The notes under the pieces were generated by a model that saw nothing but the letters and a program-made list of their open reading frames with translations, was not told the DNA's origin and did no database searches. Made by a program: the position numbers and the translations under genes. Below, piece after piece: positions 16,555 through 26,768 of a stretch of 64,000 nt of DNA. The stretch is from Dehalococcoidia bacterium (GTDB lineage Bacteria > Chloroflexota > Dehalococcoidia > Lucifugimonadales > JADFKI01). Each line of letters begins with the position of its first letter. The stretch's first letter is position 1. The stretch lies in contig OZ241333.1 in the NCBI GenBank assembly GCA_965200085.1, forward strand, positions 2,471,961 through 2,535,960, read 5' to 3'.

Positions 16555-18807
16555 TTGCATATAGGTATTGCATACAGCTACTACACGGCAGACGGTAAAA
16601 ATGACAGGGGGTATAGGGAATTGCTCAGGTTATACAATACTCTGTCCAAACAGGTTGATGAAGTACGCCCGATAGAGCCGGGTGTGGTCAAGATGTACAC
16701 TTGCGGTCCTACGGTGTACCGCGACGCCCATATCGGCAATCTCAGGTCGTATCTGATGGCAGACTGGATACGCAGAACGCTGGAACTGAACGACCTGGAA
16801 GTCGTCCACATCAAGAATATCACCGATGTAGGCCACATGCGCCAGGAAGTTCTGGAGCAGGGCGGAGACAAGGTTATCGCTGCAGCCAGGGCTGAGGGTA
16901 AGACGCCTGCCCAGATCGCCCAGTTTTATACCGATAGATTTCTCAACGATGAGCAGAAGCTGAACATCATCCCCGCGCAAAGGTTTCCCAAGGCGACCGA
17001 TCATGTGCCTGAAATGCTGGAAATTACTGAGCGCCTCGTCCGGAACGGCTTTGCGTATGAGGTCGGCGGGAATGTCTATTATGAGGTGGGAAAGTTCGGA
17101 GATTACGGCAACCTGTCCGGCAACATCGCCGACGATCAGCTGCTTGAAGCAGTACGTGTCGAGGCTGACCCGCTTAAGCGCGACCCGCGTGACTTCACAC
17201 TTTGGAAAGCAGCCGAAGAGGGCAGAGAACTTAAATGGCCCAGTATATGGGGCGATGGCTTTCCGGGGTGGCACATAGAATGCTCCGCTATGTCGATCAA
17301 GTATCTCGGCTCGCATTTTGACATTCATACAGGTGGAGTGGATAACATTTTTCCACACCATGAAGGTGAAATCGCGCAGAGCGAAGGCTATGTGGGCGAT
17401 AGAGTGGTGAACATCTGGACGCACGGTCAGCATCTGCTTGCAGACGGCGTAAAGATGGCTAAGTCAATGGGCAATTCGTTCATACTTTCTGACATTGAGG
17501 CGCAGGGCATTCACCCCCTCGCGTTCCGTTACCTCTGCCTCACGGCGCAGTACGACACACGTCTGAACTTCACCTTTACCTCGCTTAAGGCTGCACAGCG
17601 CGCACTTCTGCGCCTGCGCAACATGGTTTGGCGGTGGAACATTATGGCAAACGGCAGTTCCGCCGATGGTGATGAGGGTGTGGTAACACAGTGGAAAGAG
17701 CGTTTCAAGTCGCTCGTCAATGACAATCTGAACATGCCTGGCGCGCTCGCTCTGACTTGGGAGCTTTCGCACTCAGACCTTTACCCTGCGGATAAGCTTG
17801 CGATTCTATCGTACTTCGACAGAGTATTCGGTTTGAGCCTCAATAGCGTAATTCACGAATATGTCGTGCCGGCAGAAATATCGAGCGAAGTTTTGCATCG
17901 TTCACAGCATCGCGGACGCCAAGATTATGCGCGCGCAGATTCTATCCGTTCCAGTTTGGCAGAATCCGGTTTCGTGGTTCAGGATAGTGGCGTATCCACT
18001 TTAGTACGTCCAAAAACGAATTGGGAAATGCGGCAAGAGCGATGGCACACCTACTCATCCGGAGTCGAAGTACCATCGCTTATCGATGAATCGGATGTTT
18101 GCGATATATCTGTGGGCATAGTGGCTTGCAACTATCTTCACGATGTGCAGCGCTGCGTCAACAGCGCATTTCGATGGCTTGGTGATCGCGACGCCGAAGT
18201 GGTCGTTGTCGATAACGGCTCTACCGACGGCACCGACGAATGGCTTGAGGAGGTTGCTTCGACCGATAGTCGTCTGCGTGTAATCCATACGGATCACCCT
18301 CTTGGAGAAGGCGCCGCCAAGAGCATACTGCTGAAGCAGTGTCTCGGCAGCACGATTGTTATGCTGGACACAAGCGTTGAGGTGAACGGCGACATTTTCG
18401 GACCTATCCGAAAAGCTCTTGAAGACGAAACCGTCGGGGTGACGGGTCCATTCGGGCTGCGTACTACCGACCTGCATCACTTCCACGATGGCGAGGGGGA
18501 GAGCGGCGATATGGATGCAATGCAGGCGTACTGCTTTGCATTCAAGCGCGCACGGCTGAGGGAAGTGGGCTTACCCCGCCCTACTTTCCGATTCTACCGT
18601 AATCTCGATTTGGATTTTAGTTTCCAATTCAAGGCGCAAGGGTATAGAATAGTTGCATACCCAGAACTTCCTGTGTCGCAGCATGAGCATCGTGTCTGGT
18701 CTGAGTTAGCGGAAGCTGAACGAGATGAGTTGAGCCGCAAAAACTACGGACGTTTTCTGGATAAGTGGGGTGATCGTCCGGATCTGCTAACCTGCAATAG
18801 AGTTTAG
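16555..18807 (+). CDS. cysS: Cysteine--tRNA ligase fused to a C-terminal family-2 (GT-A) glycosyltransferase-like domain
   Basis: CysRS motifs CGPTVY...HIGN, WHIECS, HHEGEIAQSE and KMAKSMGN (KMSKS), plus the anticodon-binding/C-terminal region. From about aa 500: ISVGIVACN...VVVVDNGSTDGT...VMLDTS. The true start may be the in-frame TTG at 16621 (LRLYNTL), preceded by AGGGGG. Confidence 0.88.
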   Translation: MHIGIAYSYYTADGKNDRGYRELLRLYNTLSKQVDEVRPIEPGVVKMYTCGPTVYRDAHIGNLRSYLMADWIRRTLELNDLEVVHIKNITDVGHMRQEVLEQGGDKVIAAARAEGKTPAQIAQFYTDRFLNDEQKLNIIPAQRFPKATDHVPEMLEITERLVRNGFAYEVGGNVYYEVGKFGDYGNLSGNIADDQLLEAVRVEADPLKRDPRDFTLWKAAEEGRELKWPSIWGDGFPGWHIECSAMSIKYLGSHFDIHTGGVDNIFPHHEGEIAQSEGYVGDRVVNIWTHGQHLLADGVKMAKSMGNSFILSDIEAQGIHPLAFRYLCLTAQYDTRLNFTFTSLKAAQRALLRLRNMVWRWNIMANGSSADGDEGVVTQWKERFKSLVNDNLNMPGALALTWELSHSDLYPADKLAILSYFDRVFGLSLNSVIHEYVVPAEISSEVLHRSQHRGRQDYARADSIRSSLAESGFVVQDSGVSTLVRPKTNWEMRQERWHTYSSGVEVPSLIDESDVCDISVGIVACNYLHDVQRCVNSAFRWLGDRDAEVVVVDNGSTDGTDEWLEEVASTDSRLRVIHTDHPLGEGAAKSILLKQCLGSTIVMLDTSVEVNGDIFGPIRKALEDETVGVTGPFGLRTTDLHHFHDGEGESGDMDAMQAYCFAFKRARLREVGLPRPTFRFYRNLDLDFSFQFKAQGYRIVAYPELPVSQHEHRVWSELAEAERDELSRKNYGRFLDKWGDRPDLLTCNRV

Positions 18808-18920
18808 GGTTTCATCGCAGAGCCATCGTCGGACATCGACAGATAAGCGGCATCCCCCGCAGCGCTTGAAGTAGATTTCTTGCGGAAAGCCAGACACAAG
18901 GAGGGAACTAAGGAGAGCAA

Positions 18921-19955
18921 TTGATTTCTATCGTCCAATCGACCACTGGGCTTTGGATACAACTTCTGGCATCCGCCGCAATTATACTTTTTGCCTCCAA
19001 CTTCCTCGCTAAGTCTGCTGATATCATCGCTCTGAAGACCGGCTTGGGCCGCTCGTTTATCGGAGTGGTGCTTCTTGCGACTGCGACCTCTCTTCCAGAG
19101 CTGGGCACCGGCGTAAGCGCGATTACCATAGTAGGCGCTCCTGACCTTGCGGTGGGCGACGCGTTCGGAAGTAACATATTTAACCTGCTCATTATTGGTC
19201 TGGCAGATCTGTTCTGGAGAAATACTAACTCGCCAATTCTGAACAGCGTGAGCACAACTTCGGTTTTCGTGTGCATTCTGGGGATCATAGCTATCTCCAT
19301 AACTGTATTAGCCGTCTATTTTCATGCACATCCGCAACTCGGCTCCGTAGGGAGTTGGGTTATTAGCCCCATTACTATCATCTTGCTGATTTGCTTTATA
19401 GCATCGATGTATCTGATTTATCGGGTAACACAAGCTGAGCAGCCTGCCGAATCTGCCGACGACTACGCATCTGAAAATCTCTTACGAGCCGGTTCAATCT
19501 ATGTTATGGCAGCGGCTGTAATTATCGGTTCGGCCATCTGGCTTGCAAACACGGGGGAGGGTATTGCGCATGCCATGAATTGGGAGGCGAGCTTCGTTGG
19601 AACTCAGTTCCTCGCGTTCAGCACATCGCTTCCTGAATTTGCTGCAACTCTGGCTGCTCTACGCATCAACGCGCCTGAACTTGCGATAACGAATGTGCTC
19701 GGCAGCAATCTGTTCAACATGGGCTTCATACTCACTATCGATGATGCTGTGCTGTTCAGCGGTCCATTATGGTCATCTGTTTCATCGATACATGTAGCGA
19801 CGGCTTTGTTTGCTATAATTATGACAAGCATCGTTATGATAGGATTAATGTTCCGCAACCGAAGCCGTCCTTTCAGACTATTTACTTATGAATCGATTGC
19901 TCTGATTGCCTTTTATATCATCGCCAGTGTTTATGTTTACACATTCGCCACATAA
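18921..19955 (+). CDS. Ca2+/cation antiporter (CaCA, YrbG-like) membrane protein
   Basis: Two alpha-repeat signatures, GDAFGSNIFNLL and TNVLGSNLFNMG, in a polytopic hydrophobic protein. AAGGAG lies upstream of the TTG start. Confidence 0.85.
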   Translation: MISIVQSTTGLWIQLLASAAIILFASNFLAKSADIIALKTGLGRSFIGVVLLATATSLPELGTGVSAITIVGAPDLAVGDAFGSNIFNLLIIGLADLFWRNTNSPILNSVSTTSVFVCILGIIAISITVLAVYFHAHPQLGSVGSWVISPITIILLICFIASMYLIYRVTQAEQPAESADDYASENLLRAGSIYVMAAAVIIGSAIWLANTGEGIAHAMNWEASFVGTQFLAFSTSLPEFAATLAALRINAPELAITNVLGSNLFNMGFILTIDDAVLFSGPLWSSVSSIHVATALFAIIMTSIVMIGLMFRNRSRPFRLFTYESIALIAFYIIASVYVYTFAT

Positions 19956-20049
19956 GGTTTAATCTTATTAGAGCATATTCTCTGACACAGTCTTGACACA
20001 TTGCATACACGCTAATACATTACTTGCTAAGAAATTGAAGGAGATCGTA

Positions 20050-20370
20050 ATGTTCTTTGAATTGAGAGAATACCGTACAAAGCCCGGGCAGCGAGAAAAC
20101 TGGGTCAATTTTATGGAAGAAACGATCATACCCTTTCAGACAGGCAAGGGCATGGTTATAGTTGGGAGTTTCGTGGGAGAGGAAGAGGACGATCTGTACA
20201 TCTGGGTACGCCGTTTTTCCAGCGAGGAGGAGCGTGAGCGCCTTTACGAAGCGGTGTACGACAGCGATACTTGGAAGAACGAAATTGCCCCTGCTATCCC
20301 TGACATGATGGATCGCGACAAGATTGTCGTCAGGCGAATAGAAGCCACACCGCTTTCCGTCATTCAGTAG
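20050..20370 (+). CDS. NIPSNAP family protein
   Basis: MFFELREYRTKPG...YIWVRRFSSEEERERLYEAVY pattern. AAGGAG lies upstream of the ATG at 20050. Confidence 0.7.
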   Translation: MFFELREYRTKPGQRENWVNFMEETIIPFQTGKGMVIVGSFVGEEEDDLYIWVRRFSSEEERERLYEAVYDSDTWKNEIAPAIPDMMDRDKIVVRRIEATPLSVIQ

Positions 20371-20407
20371 CCGCCGCGTTCAAGATCGGTTTCTGCGCGT
20401 CTATCTA

Positions 20408-21955
20408 ATGTACAGGTCGGCTCGGAGCAAGTTGCCCCATCTCGTTCTGCTCAATGCAAATGTCCTGACACTCGATGCCGCGCAGCCAATAGCCGATACA
20501 ATAGTAGTTGCCAATGGCAATGTCGCCTGGGTAGGTGAACTCGCTCGCCTTTCACCCGGAACCACAGCGACCGCCAATGTTATTGACTGCGGCGGTCAGA
20601 CTATTGTGCCCGGCTTCATAGACGCCCATTGCCACATACTCGCATTCGCAGCAAGTCTAGTCGCAGCAGATTGCTCGCCCGGCGCCGTTTCCAGCATTGC
20701 GGACATCCTGGAAGTGATCAGTCAGCAGGCTGCTCGATCCCATGTCGGCGAATGGATTCGTGCGGCCGGATACAGCGAGTTTGATCTGCGCGAGAAGCGC
20801 CATCCGACTCGCTGGGAACTTGACAGAGCAGCGCCAAACAACCCCGTGCGGCTAAACCATCGTTCAGGGCATGCTTGTGTTCTGAATACCAATGCACTCA
20901 CACAGGTCGGCATTAGCGCCTCCACGGAAGAGCCTATAGGCAGTACGATAGCGCGTGAACTGCACACTGCGGAACCAAACGGTTTACTTCTGGATATGGA
21001 CTCTTGGCTTGGGGAACGCATCCCGCCTCTGAGAGAAGATGAGCTGACGAAAGCCGTAGCTGATGCAAGCTGCCGATTCATTTCGCAAGGCGTAACTTCC
21101 GTGGTGGACGCGACTCCGTCTAACTCGCTGGATCGCTGGGAGACGCTCAGACGCATGAAGGCTCAGGAAGTATTCGCCCCATCACTCATCGTGATGCCCT
21201 CAGTGAGTAATCTGGATGAGTTCTGTGAGGCAGGGTTGAACTTCGGCTGGAGCGATAAGCTTGCCACACTTGAGCACGCCAAGATAATGCTCACACGCAC
21301 GAGCGGAAGGCTTTATCCTTCGGCTGAAAGGCTGTGGCAGTTTGTTCGTGCGGCTCATATTCGCGGTTTTCCGGTTGCGATACATGCAGTCGAAGCAGAT
21401 ACCGTTACGGCTGCGGCGAAAGTTCTGACAGCGCAGCGGTGCGCCAGTTTACGGGATCGGATCGAACATGCATCCGAGTGTCCGCCTTCTTCGCTTCGTG
21501 CAATTCTCAACGCTCGTCCTGTGATTGTGTCTCAGCCCAGCTTCATACACGATAGCGGTACGCGTTATATCGCCGATTTTGGAGCTGACTCCAAATATCT
21601 GTACCGTTTCAGAACGCTTTCCGACGCAGGTATTGTGCTCGCCGCATCCTCAGATGCGCCTGTGAGCGCGCCTAATCCACTTCTAGCGATGTTTTCTGCC
21701 GTCATGCGTCGTACAGCATCAGGCGAGAGTATCGGATTCGATGAACGGCTGTCGGCAATGCAGGCGCTTGAGATGCACACAAAGAACGCTGCGTATTCGG
21801 TGTGCGGCGAGAGTCAGTTCGGTTCGATTACACCGGGAAAGCGCGCTGACTTCGTAGTGCTGAGTGAAGATCCGATCAGCACCCCGCACGAGAGATTACC
21901 GGATATAAGAGTAACTATGACTATGATAAACGGGAATGTTGCCTGGGAGAGGTGA
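20408..21955 (+). CDS. Amidohydrolase family (YtcJ-like, amidohydrolase_3) metal-dependent hydrolase
   Basis: GFIDAHCHIL metal-binding motif, ~515 aa, internal AIHAVE, C-terminal DAP...GKRADFVVL. Confidence 0.8.
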   Translation: MYRSARSKLPHLVLLNANVLTLDAAQPIADTIVVANGNVAWVGELARLSPGTTATANVIDCGGQTIVPGFIDAHCHILAFAASLVAADCSPGAVSSIADILEVISQQAARSHVGEWIRAAGYSEFDLREKRHPTRWELDRAAPNNPVRLNHRSGHACVLNTNALTQVGISASTEEPIGSTIARELHTAEPNGLLLDMDSWLGERIPPLREDELTKAVADASCRFISQGVTSVVDATPSNSLDRWETLRRMKAQEVFAPSLIVMPSVSNLDEFCEAGLNFGWSDKLATLEHAKIMLTRTSGRLYPSAERLWQFVRAAHIRGFPVAIHAVEADTVTAAAKVLTAQRCASLRDRIEHASECPPSSLRAILNARPVIVSQPSFIHDSGTRYIADFGADSKYLYRFRTLSDAGIVLAASSDAPVSAPNPLLAMFSAVMRRTASGESIGFDERLSAMQALEMHTKNAAYSVCGESQFGSITPGKRADFVVLSEDPISTPHERLPDIRVTMTMINGNVAWER

Positions 21956-22115
21956 TGAAGGGGACTGCGAAACTTCTGAAATGATTTTGCAGTATCGGAA
22001 TATATGGGATGTATGGACTATATGCCGCTCAAGCCTGTTCCTACGGCAAAACCAATAATCAGGCTGCTCCAACGGCGCTGCTGGGATAACCGGGGTTAGT
22101 AATCTCGAATTGAGG

Positions 22116-23081
22116 TCAGTTGCGCCGCACCTTGACATGGCTGACCAGTTCTTCTAATGAGTCTCGCGAAGGGTTAGAGGGCAAGCCATTGAGATTTGAC
22201 AAGGCTTTTTCGCAGTAGCGACCTGCAAATTCGTAAGATTCCTCAAGAACATTGTCGTCTTGGATGATGCTAACGACTTCCTGCATCAGAGCTTCATCTT
22301 CCGGATGCGCCAGCACGCGCTTTACGGCGTCGCAGCAATTTTTCTGTTTCATTGCAATTAATGTAGGCAATGTAACGACCCCGTTCGCCAGGTCGCTGCC
22401 TATCGGTTTGCCGGTCTCTTCTTCTGTGCCGTCAAAGTCCAGAATGTCATCCACGACTTGGAACGCCATACCCAGATTATGACCGTAGCCGCGCATCGCG
22501 TGAGCGCGTGTTTCCGGCGCACCGCTCAGTATTGCGCCGGATTCGGCGGCAGTCGTGAACAGAGAAGCAGTCTTGTTATAGATGCGCTCTAAATAGCTTT
22601 GCATAGACTGATCAGGACTGTAGGTCTCGGTCATCTCTTGCAGTTCGCCGCTGGAGAGTTCCATTATTGTCTCGGCGAATCGTCTTATTACTCGTATATT
22701 TCCAGTGTCGCATACAAGGGTTGCAGAGGCGGCGAATATGTAGTCGCCCACCAGTACAGCCGCTTTGGGTCCCCACAAGTTGCTGATTGTCAGTTTTCCA
22801 CGTCGCAGAGCCGCGCCGTCCACCGTGTCGTCGTGAATTAGAGAGGCGATGTGCAGCAGTTCCACACCTGCAGCCATTTTTTCGGTAACACACTCATCGT
22901 GTGGGTAGAAGTTGGAAGCTAGCAGTGTTATGGCAGGTCTTATGTTCTTGCCCGGATTTGAAAATGTGTGGTCTAGCAGTTGTGCGAGAAACGGGTGTTT
23001 CTTTTCTGCCATCTCCGTCAAGGAAGCGTTCACTTTGGCAAGGCGATCCTTGACGGGTTCATAAAACGATACGGACTGCAC
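22116..23081 (-). CDS. Polyprenyl diphosphate synthase (long-chain trans-IPPS)
   Basis: First and second Asp-rich motifs LIHDDTVDG and FQVVDDILDF. GTG start. Confidence 0.88.
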   Translation of the reverse strand: MQSVSFYEPVKDRLAKVNASLTEMAEKKHPFLAQLLDHTFSNPGKNIRPAITLLASNFYPHDECVTEKMAAGVELLHIASLIHDDTVDGAALRRGKLTISNLWGPKAAVLVGDYIFAASATLVCDTGNIRVIRRFAETIMELSSGELQEMTETYSPDQSMQSYLERIYNKTASLFTTAAESGAILSGAPETRAHAMRGYGHNLGMAFQVVDDILDFDGTEEETGKPIGSDLANGVVTLPTLIAMKQKNCCDAVKRVLAHPEDEALMQEVVSIIQDDNVLEESYEFAGRYCEKALSNLNGLPSNPSRDSLEELVSHVKVRRN

Positions 23082-23107
23082 TCGATATTCTTCCTTAAAT
23101 GTAAAGT

Positions 23108-24775
23108 CTATTGGCTGATGCGCTGCTCTTCGGATGCTATGACTTTTTCATCCAGCTTCTCGAAAAGAGGAGTGGGCCGTTTAAGTATCTGTCCGGGTTG
23201 CAGTGCATCTGAATCCCAAGCCCATCCCGCATCTTCGACGCTGCCTTCAAGCCCGAGCATTTCGTGGAGTTTCTGAGAACTGAACGGCATAAATGGATAA
23301 AGAGTTGTTTTGAGGCAGTTTATCACCGATATTGCCGTCCACAATGTTTGGGCGGCGTCCTCTTTGTCTCGCCGTACCGCGCGCCATGGCTCTTTCTGGT
23401 CAAGGTAGCGGTTTGTTGCTTGGGCGAGCGCCATTGATGCTTGGAGCGCCTGCCGCAGCCTGACCGATTCAATACTTCTTTCGGCTTCTTCGAACTTTCG
23501 CTGCGCTTCCGTCAGCAGCGCTTTGCTCACATCGTCCAGCTCCCCCGGCGCAGGAAGCACGCCGTCGAAGTTTCGGTTCAGCATCGACAGCACCCGGTGA
23601 ACGAGATTACCGTAAGTCGCTACCAGCTCATCGTTGTTGCGCCGAACATACTCGCGCCAAGAGAAGTCCGAATCGGATGTTTCGGGTAAGTTGGCGGCTA
23701 TGACATATCGCAGCGGGTCGGGCTCGTAGCGGTCTAAGTAGTCCGGCAGCCAGACTGCCCAGTTGCGGCTGGTAGATAACTTTAAGCCTTCTAGGTTCAA
23801 ATACTCATTGGCGGGAACATCGTAAGGCAGCTTTAGCCCGCCGTATCCGAGGAGCATAGCGGGCCAGATAACAGTGTGGAAAGGGATGTTGTCCTTGCCC
23901 ATAAAGTAGTACGCGCGGCTGCCGTCTTCCCAGAAGGGCTTCCATGCTTCCGGACTGCCGCTGTTGTGCGCCCATTCGATAGATGCAGAGAGGTATCCGA
24001 TAACCGCTTCGAACCATACATAGAGCCGCTTGTTTTCGTATCCATCGAAGGGCAGAGGAACGCCCCATTCGATGTCCCGCGTTATGGCGCGGTCGTGCAA
24101 CCCTGCTTCTAAGTAGCCAATGGTAAAGTTGCGTACATTTGGACGCCAATGATCCTGCTCACGAACCCATTCTAGGAGCTGATCTTGGAACGCGCTGAGC
24201 TTTAAGAAGAAGTGCTCGGTTTCTCTGAATATGGGTTCGCTCCCGCAAATGCGGCAGGTCATTTCGCGCAAGTCTTTCGGATCTAGCGTGCGTCCACAGC
24301 TGTCGCACTGGTCGCCTCGCGCGCCGTCAAAATCGCAGTGCGGACATGTGCCTTCTACATAGCGGTCAGCAAGAAATCGCAGTTCATTTTCACAGAACGG
24401 CTGTATCATCGTATCCTTGTAGATGTACCCCCGCTCATACAGCCTGCTGAAGATGCGTTGTGATACTTGGGCGTGGTTGTCTGTGTGGGTTGTGGTAAAC
24501 AGATCGAAGCTGATGCCCAGCCGTTCCCAGCTGTCAAGGAATTCCGCCTGATACTTGCTGAATATGTCCTCTGGGCTTACACCTTGCTCTTCTGCGGTAA
24601 GTGTAACCGGTGTGCCATGGGCATCGCTGCCGGACACCATAAGAACTTCGTTGCCTTTCATACGGTGGTAGCGTGCGAAAATATCGGCTGGCAGGTAAGT
24701 TCCTGCCACATGTCCTATGTGAATTGAGCCGTTTGCATAAGGCCAGGCAACGGCTGCTAGTATTCGATCAGGCAT
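23108..24775 (-). CDS. metG: Methionine--tRNA ligase
   Basis: PYANGSIHIGH (HIGH motif), zinc knuckle CPHCD...CDSCG, and KLSTSRN (KMSKS). Confidence 0.93.
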   Translation of the reverse strand: MPDRILAAVAWPYANGSIHIGHVAGTYLPADIFARYHRMKGNEVLMVSGSDAHGTPVTLTAEEQGVSPEDIFSKYQAEFLDSWERLGISFDLFTTTHTDNHAQVSQRIFSRLYERGYIYKDTMIQPFCENELRFLADRYVEGTCPHCDFDGARGDQCDSCGRTLDPKDLREMTCRICGSEPIFRETEHFFLKLSAFQDQLLEWVREQDHWRPNVRNFTIGYLEAGLHDRAITRDIEWGVPLPFDGYENKRLYVWFEAVIGYLSASIEWAHNSGSPEAWKPFWEDGSRAYYFMGKDNIPFHTVIWPAMLLGYGGLKLPYDVPANEYLNLEGLKLSTSRNWAVWLPDYLDRYEPDPLRYVIAANLPETSDSDFSWREYVRRNNDELVATYGNLVHRVLSMLNRNFDGVLPAPGELDDVSKALLTEAQRKFEEAERSIESVRLRQALQASMALAQATNRYLDQKEPWRAVRRDKEDAAQTLWTAISVINCLKTTLYPFMPFSSQKLHEMLGLEGSVEDAGWAWDSDALQPGQILKRPTPLFEKLDEKVIASEEQRISQ

Positions 24776-24844
24776 TTTTGTTCACGCTCGAATCACATTA
24801 ATTACCTTCCGCTATGATAACACAAGGCAATAAGACAAGATAAC

Positions 24845-25693
24845 CTATTCCGTATCGGGATGATGAGCCGAAACGCCGCCATCCAGCCACATTTGATACA
24901 CTTGCCGTCTAGGCAGACCCGTTACTGCGCTAACATGTGAGACTGCATCCTTTGCCCCCGAGCCTTGTGTCCTCAGCTCGTACAGCAATGCCGAAGCCAT
25001 ATCTTTCATGGCAGAGTTGTTCTGTTTCTGTTGTTTGCTGCCATCTATCACCAAGGTAAACTCGCCTATAGGCCGTTCGAAGTACGTCAGCGCTTCCGAA
25101 ACAGTGCCGTGAAAGACTTCTTCATGCAGCTTCGTCATCTCACGACACACTGCAATACGCCTATCGCCCAGCACTCGTAGAATGTCCTGAAGCGACTGTC
25201 GCAGTCGGTATGGAGACTCCAATGCTATAGCAGGCTTTATCTCGTGCGCCAGTGATGTGAGCAATATCGTGCGCTCGCCTTTCTTGCGGGGCATAAACCC
25301 TAGATACACGAAAGATTCCTTTACAAGCCCGGACACGGCGACTGCAGATGTTACGGCGGACGCGCCCGGTACCGGTAAGACCGCAATACCTTCATCCGAT
25401 GCGGCTTGTACCAGATATTGTCCGGGATCGTTCACACCGGGCGTCCCCGCGTCTGATACTAGAGCGACATCCTTACTATGGAGCGCTCTCAGCAATTCCG
25501 GAAGTTTCTTTGACTGGTTATGCTCGTTGAAACTGGTCAGCCGTGTGTGAATATCGTAATGGCTGAGAAGCTTGCGTGTAACGCGGGTGTCTTCTGCGGC
25601 TATGAGGTCTGCCTCACGCAGGACGCGGAGCGCTCGCAGTGTGATGTCCTCTAAGTTCCCTATCGGCGTTGAAACGATATAGAGGGCAGGCAT
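24845..25693 (-). CDS. rsmI: 16S rRNA (cytidine1402-2'-O)-methyltransferase
   Basis: LYIVSTPIGNLEDITLRALRVL...AEDTR...SDAGTPGVNDPG, typical of RsmI. Confidence 0.9.
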   Translation of the reverse strand: MPALYIVSTPIGNLEDITLRALRVLREADLIAAEDTRVTRKLLSHYDIHTRLTSFNEHNQSKKLPELLRALHSKDVALVSDAGTPGVNDPGQYLVQAASDEGIAVLPVPGASAVTSAVAVSGLVKESFVYLGFMPRKKGERTILLTSLAHEIKPAIALESPYRLRQSLQDILRVLGDRRIAVCREMTKLHEEVFHGTVSEALTYFERPIGEFTLVIDGSKQQKQNNSAMKDMASALLYELRTQGSGAKDAVSHVSAVTGLPRRQVYQMWLDGGVSAHHPDTE

Positions 25694-25802
25694 AGCCTAT
25701 ATCACTCTCCATAAGTTGGGGGTTGGACAACGACAAATGCGTAAAAGAGGCAGCCCAAGAGCTGCCCCTGAAAATCTGGATTTCTATTTTAATTACTCGC
25801 GC

Positions 25803-26675
25803 TTACTCTAACGCGCTCGCTGTGCCCACTATGCACACCGTACCGTCCGGTTTCTCCATCCACACGGCTACATTGCTGCGTGTGCCTCCGTCTTCTTCCA
25901 CTCGGTCGGTGATGACGCCTCTCGCGATGATTTGGTCGTCGGGCCAGACGATGTTTGTGAACTTAATGTCTAGCCTGCCGCCTTCGTACCACCCTTTGCC
26001 GAAGCGGCGATCCATCATATCGCCGATGTATGACATCGTCATTCTGCCGCCGACAACTACTTCCTCGAATCCAAGCTCTTCTGCAGCGCGCTTATCGGTG
26101 TGGTAGTTCTTGTTTCCGTGGAAGAACGAACCGCACATCTCCAGGGTTATGTTGCTTTCGATCGGCTCAATCACTTCCCCGTCCGGAACCTGAAACTTAC
26201 GAATTCCTTCCTTCTTTTTGGGGTCGCGCAGATTTACTTTCCCCAGATGGCTTTTGCCAAGCAGATAGCTCTGGTGGTGTGTGCCGCGCGCCATCAGCTC
26301 ATCGTCGTCAGACCACAGATCGACGACCTGTTTTACAACTGTGCGATCGCGCCATTCATATATGTCCACCACGCTAGATGTACGTCTGTAAGTTTCAGCA
26401 GGGTACATCGGCTTGTTCAGTTCCCATTCCTGCCTAATCCAGAGATTGCCGAAGTTGTCGTTGAATCCGGCGCCGCTGAATCCGCCATCTACATTCGTGA
26501 GGATCATAGACGGCACGACAGGTCTGCCGTAGGGCGAACGTTCGTTGTAGATGGTTGATTCTACCCCCAACCCTTCGAAGTAAAATCGCAGTATGTCGTC
26601 CGTTGCGGTGAAATCGATACTTCCCAAATCCTTGCCTACATAGGCTTCGTCAGGATTGCGTACTCCTTGAGTCAT
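25803..26675 (-). CDS. Double hot-dog MaoC/FAS1-like (R)-specific enoyl-CoA hydratase/dehydratase
   Basis: 290 aa. The C-terminal half (RLDIKFTNIVWPDDQIIARGVI...VAVWMEKPDGTV) looks like a MaoC hot-dog. The N-terminal half is a second degenerate hot-dog. Confidence 0.6.
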   Translation of the reverse strand: MTQGVRNPDEAYVGKDLGSIDFTATDDILRFYFEGLGVESTIYNERSPYGRPVVPSMILTNVDGGFSGAGFNDNFGNLWIRQEWELNKPMYPAETYRRTSSVVDIYEWRDRTVVKQVVDLWSDDDELMARGTHHQSYLLGKSHLGKVNLRDPKKKEGIRKFQVPDGEVIEPIESNITLEMCGSFFHGNKNYHTDKRAAEELGFEEVVVGGRMTMSYIGDMMDRRFGKGWYEGGRLDIKFTNIVWPDDQIIARGVITDRVEEDGGTRSNVAVWMEKPDGTVCIVGTASALE

Positions 26676-26768
26676 TGCGTACTCCTTGCCGTGCTAATGC
26701 TGAGTATTGTGTTCTGTCGATATTTTATGCATTTGGTCGCGGTTGGCAACTTGGGAACTTTCTTGAAC

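Noticed and set aside
16630-17433. 267-aa minus-strand ORF. Similar long antisense ORFs occur at 15535-16248 and 51344-52006.
   Set aside because: They are antisense to cysS, pyk and the DUF423/HpcH genes respectively. The sense-strand genes carry diagnostic motifs and these ORFs do not.
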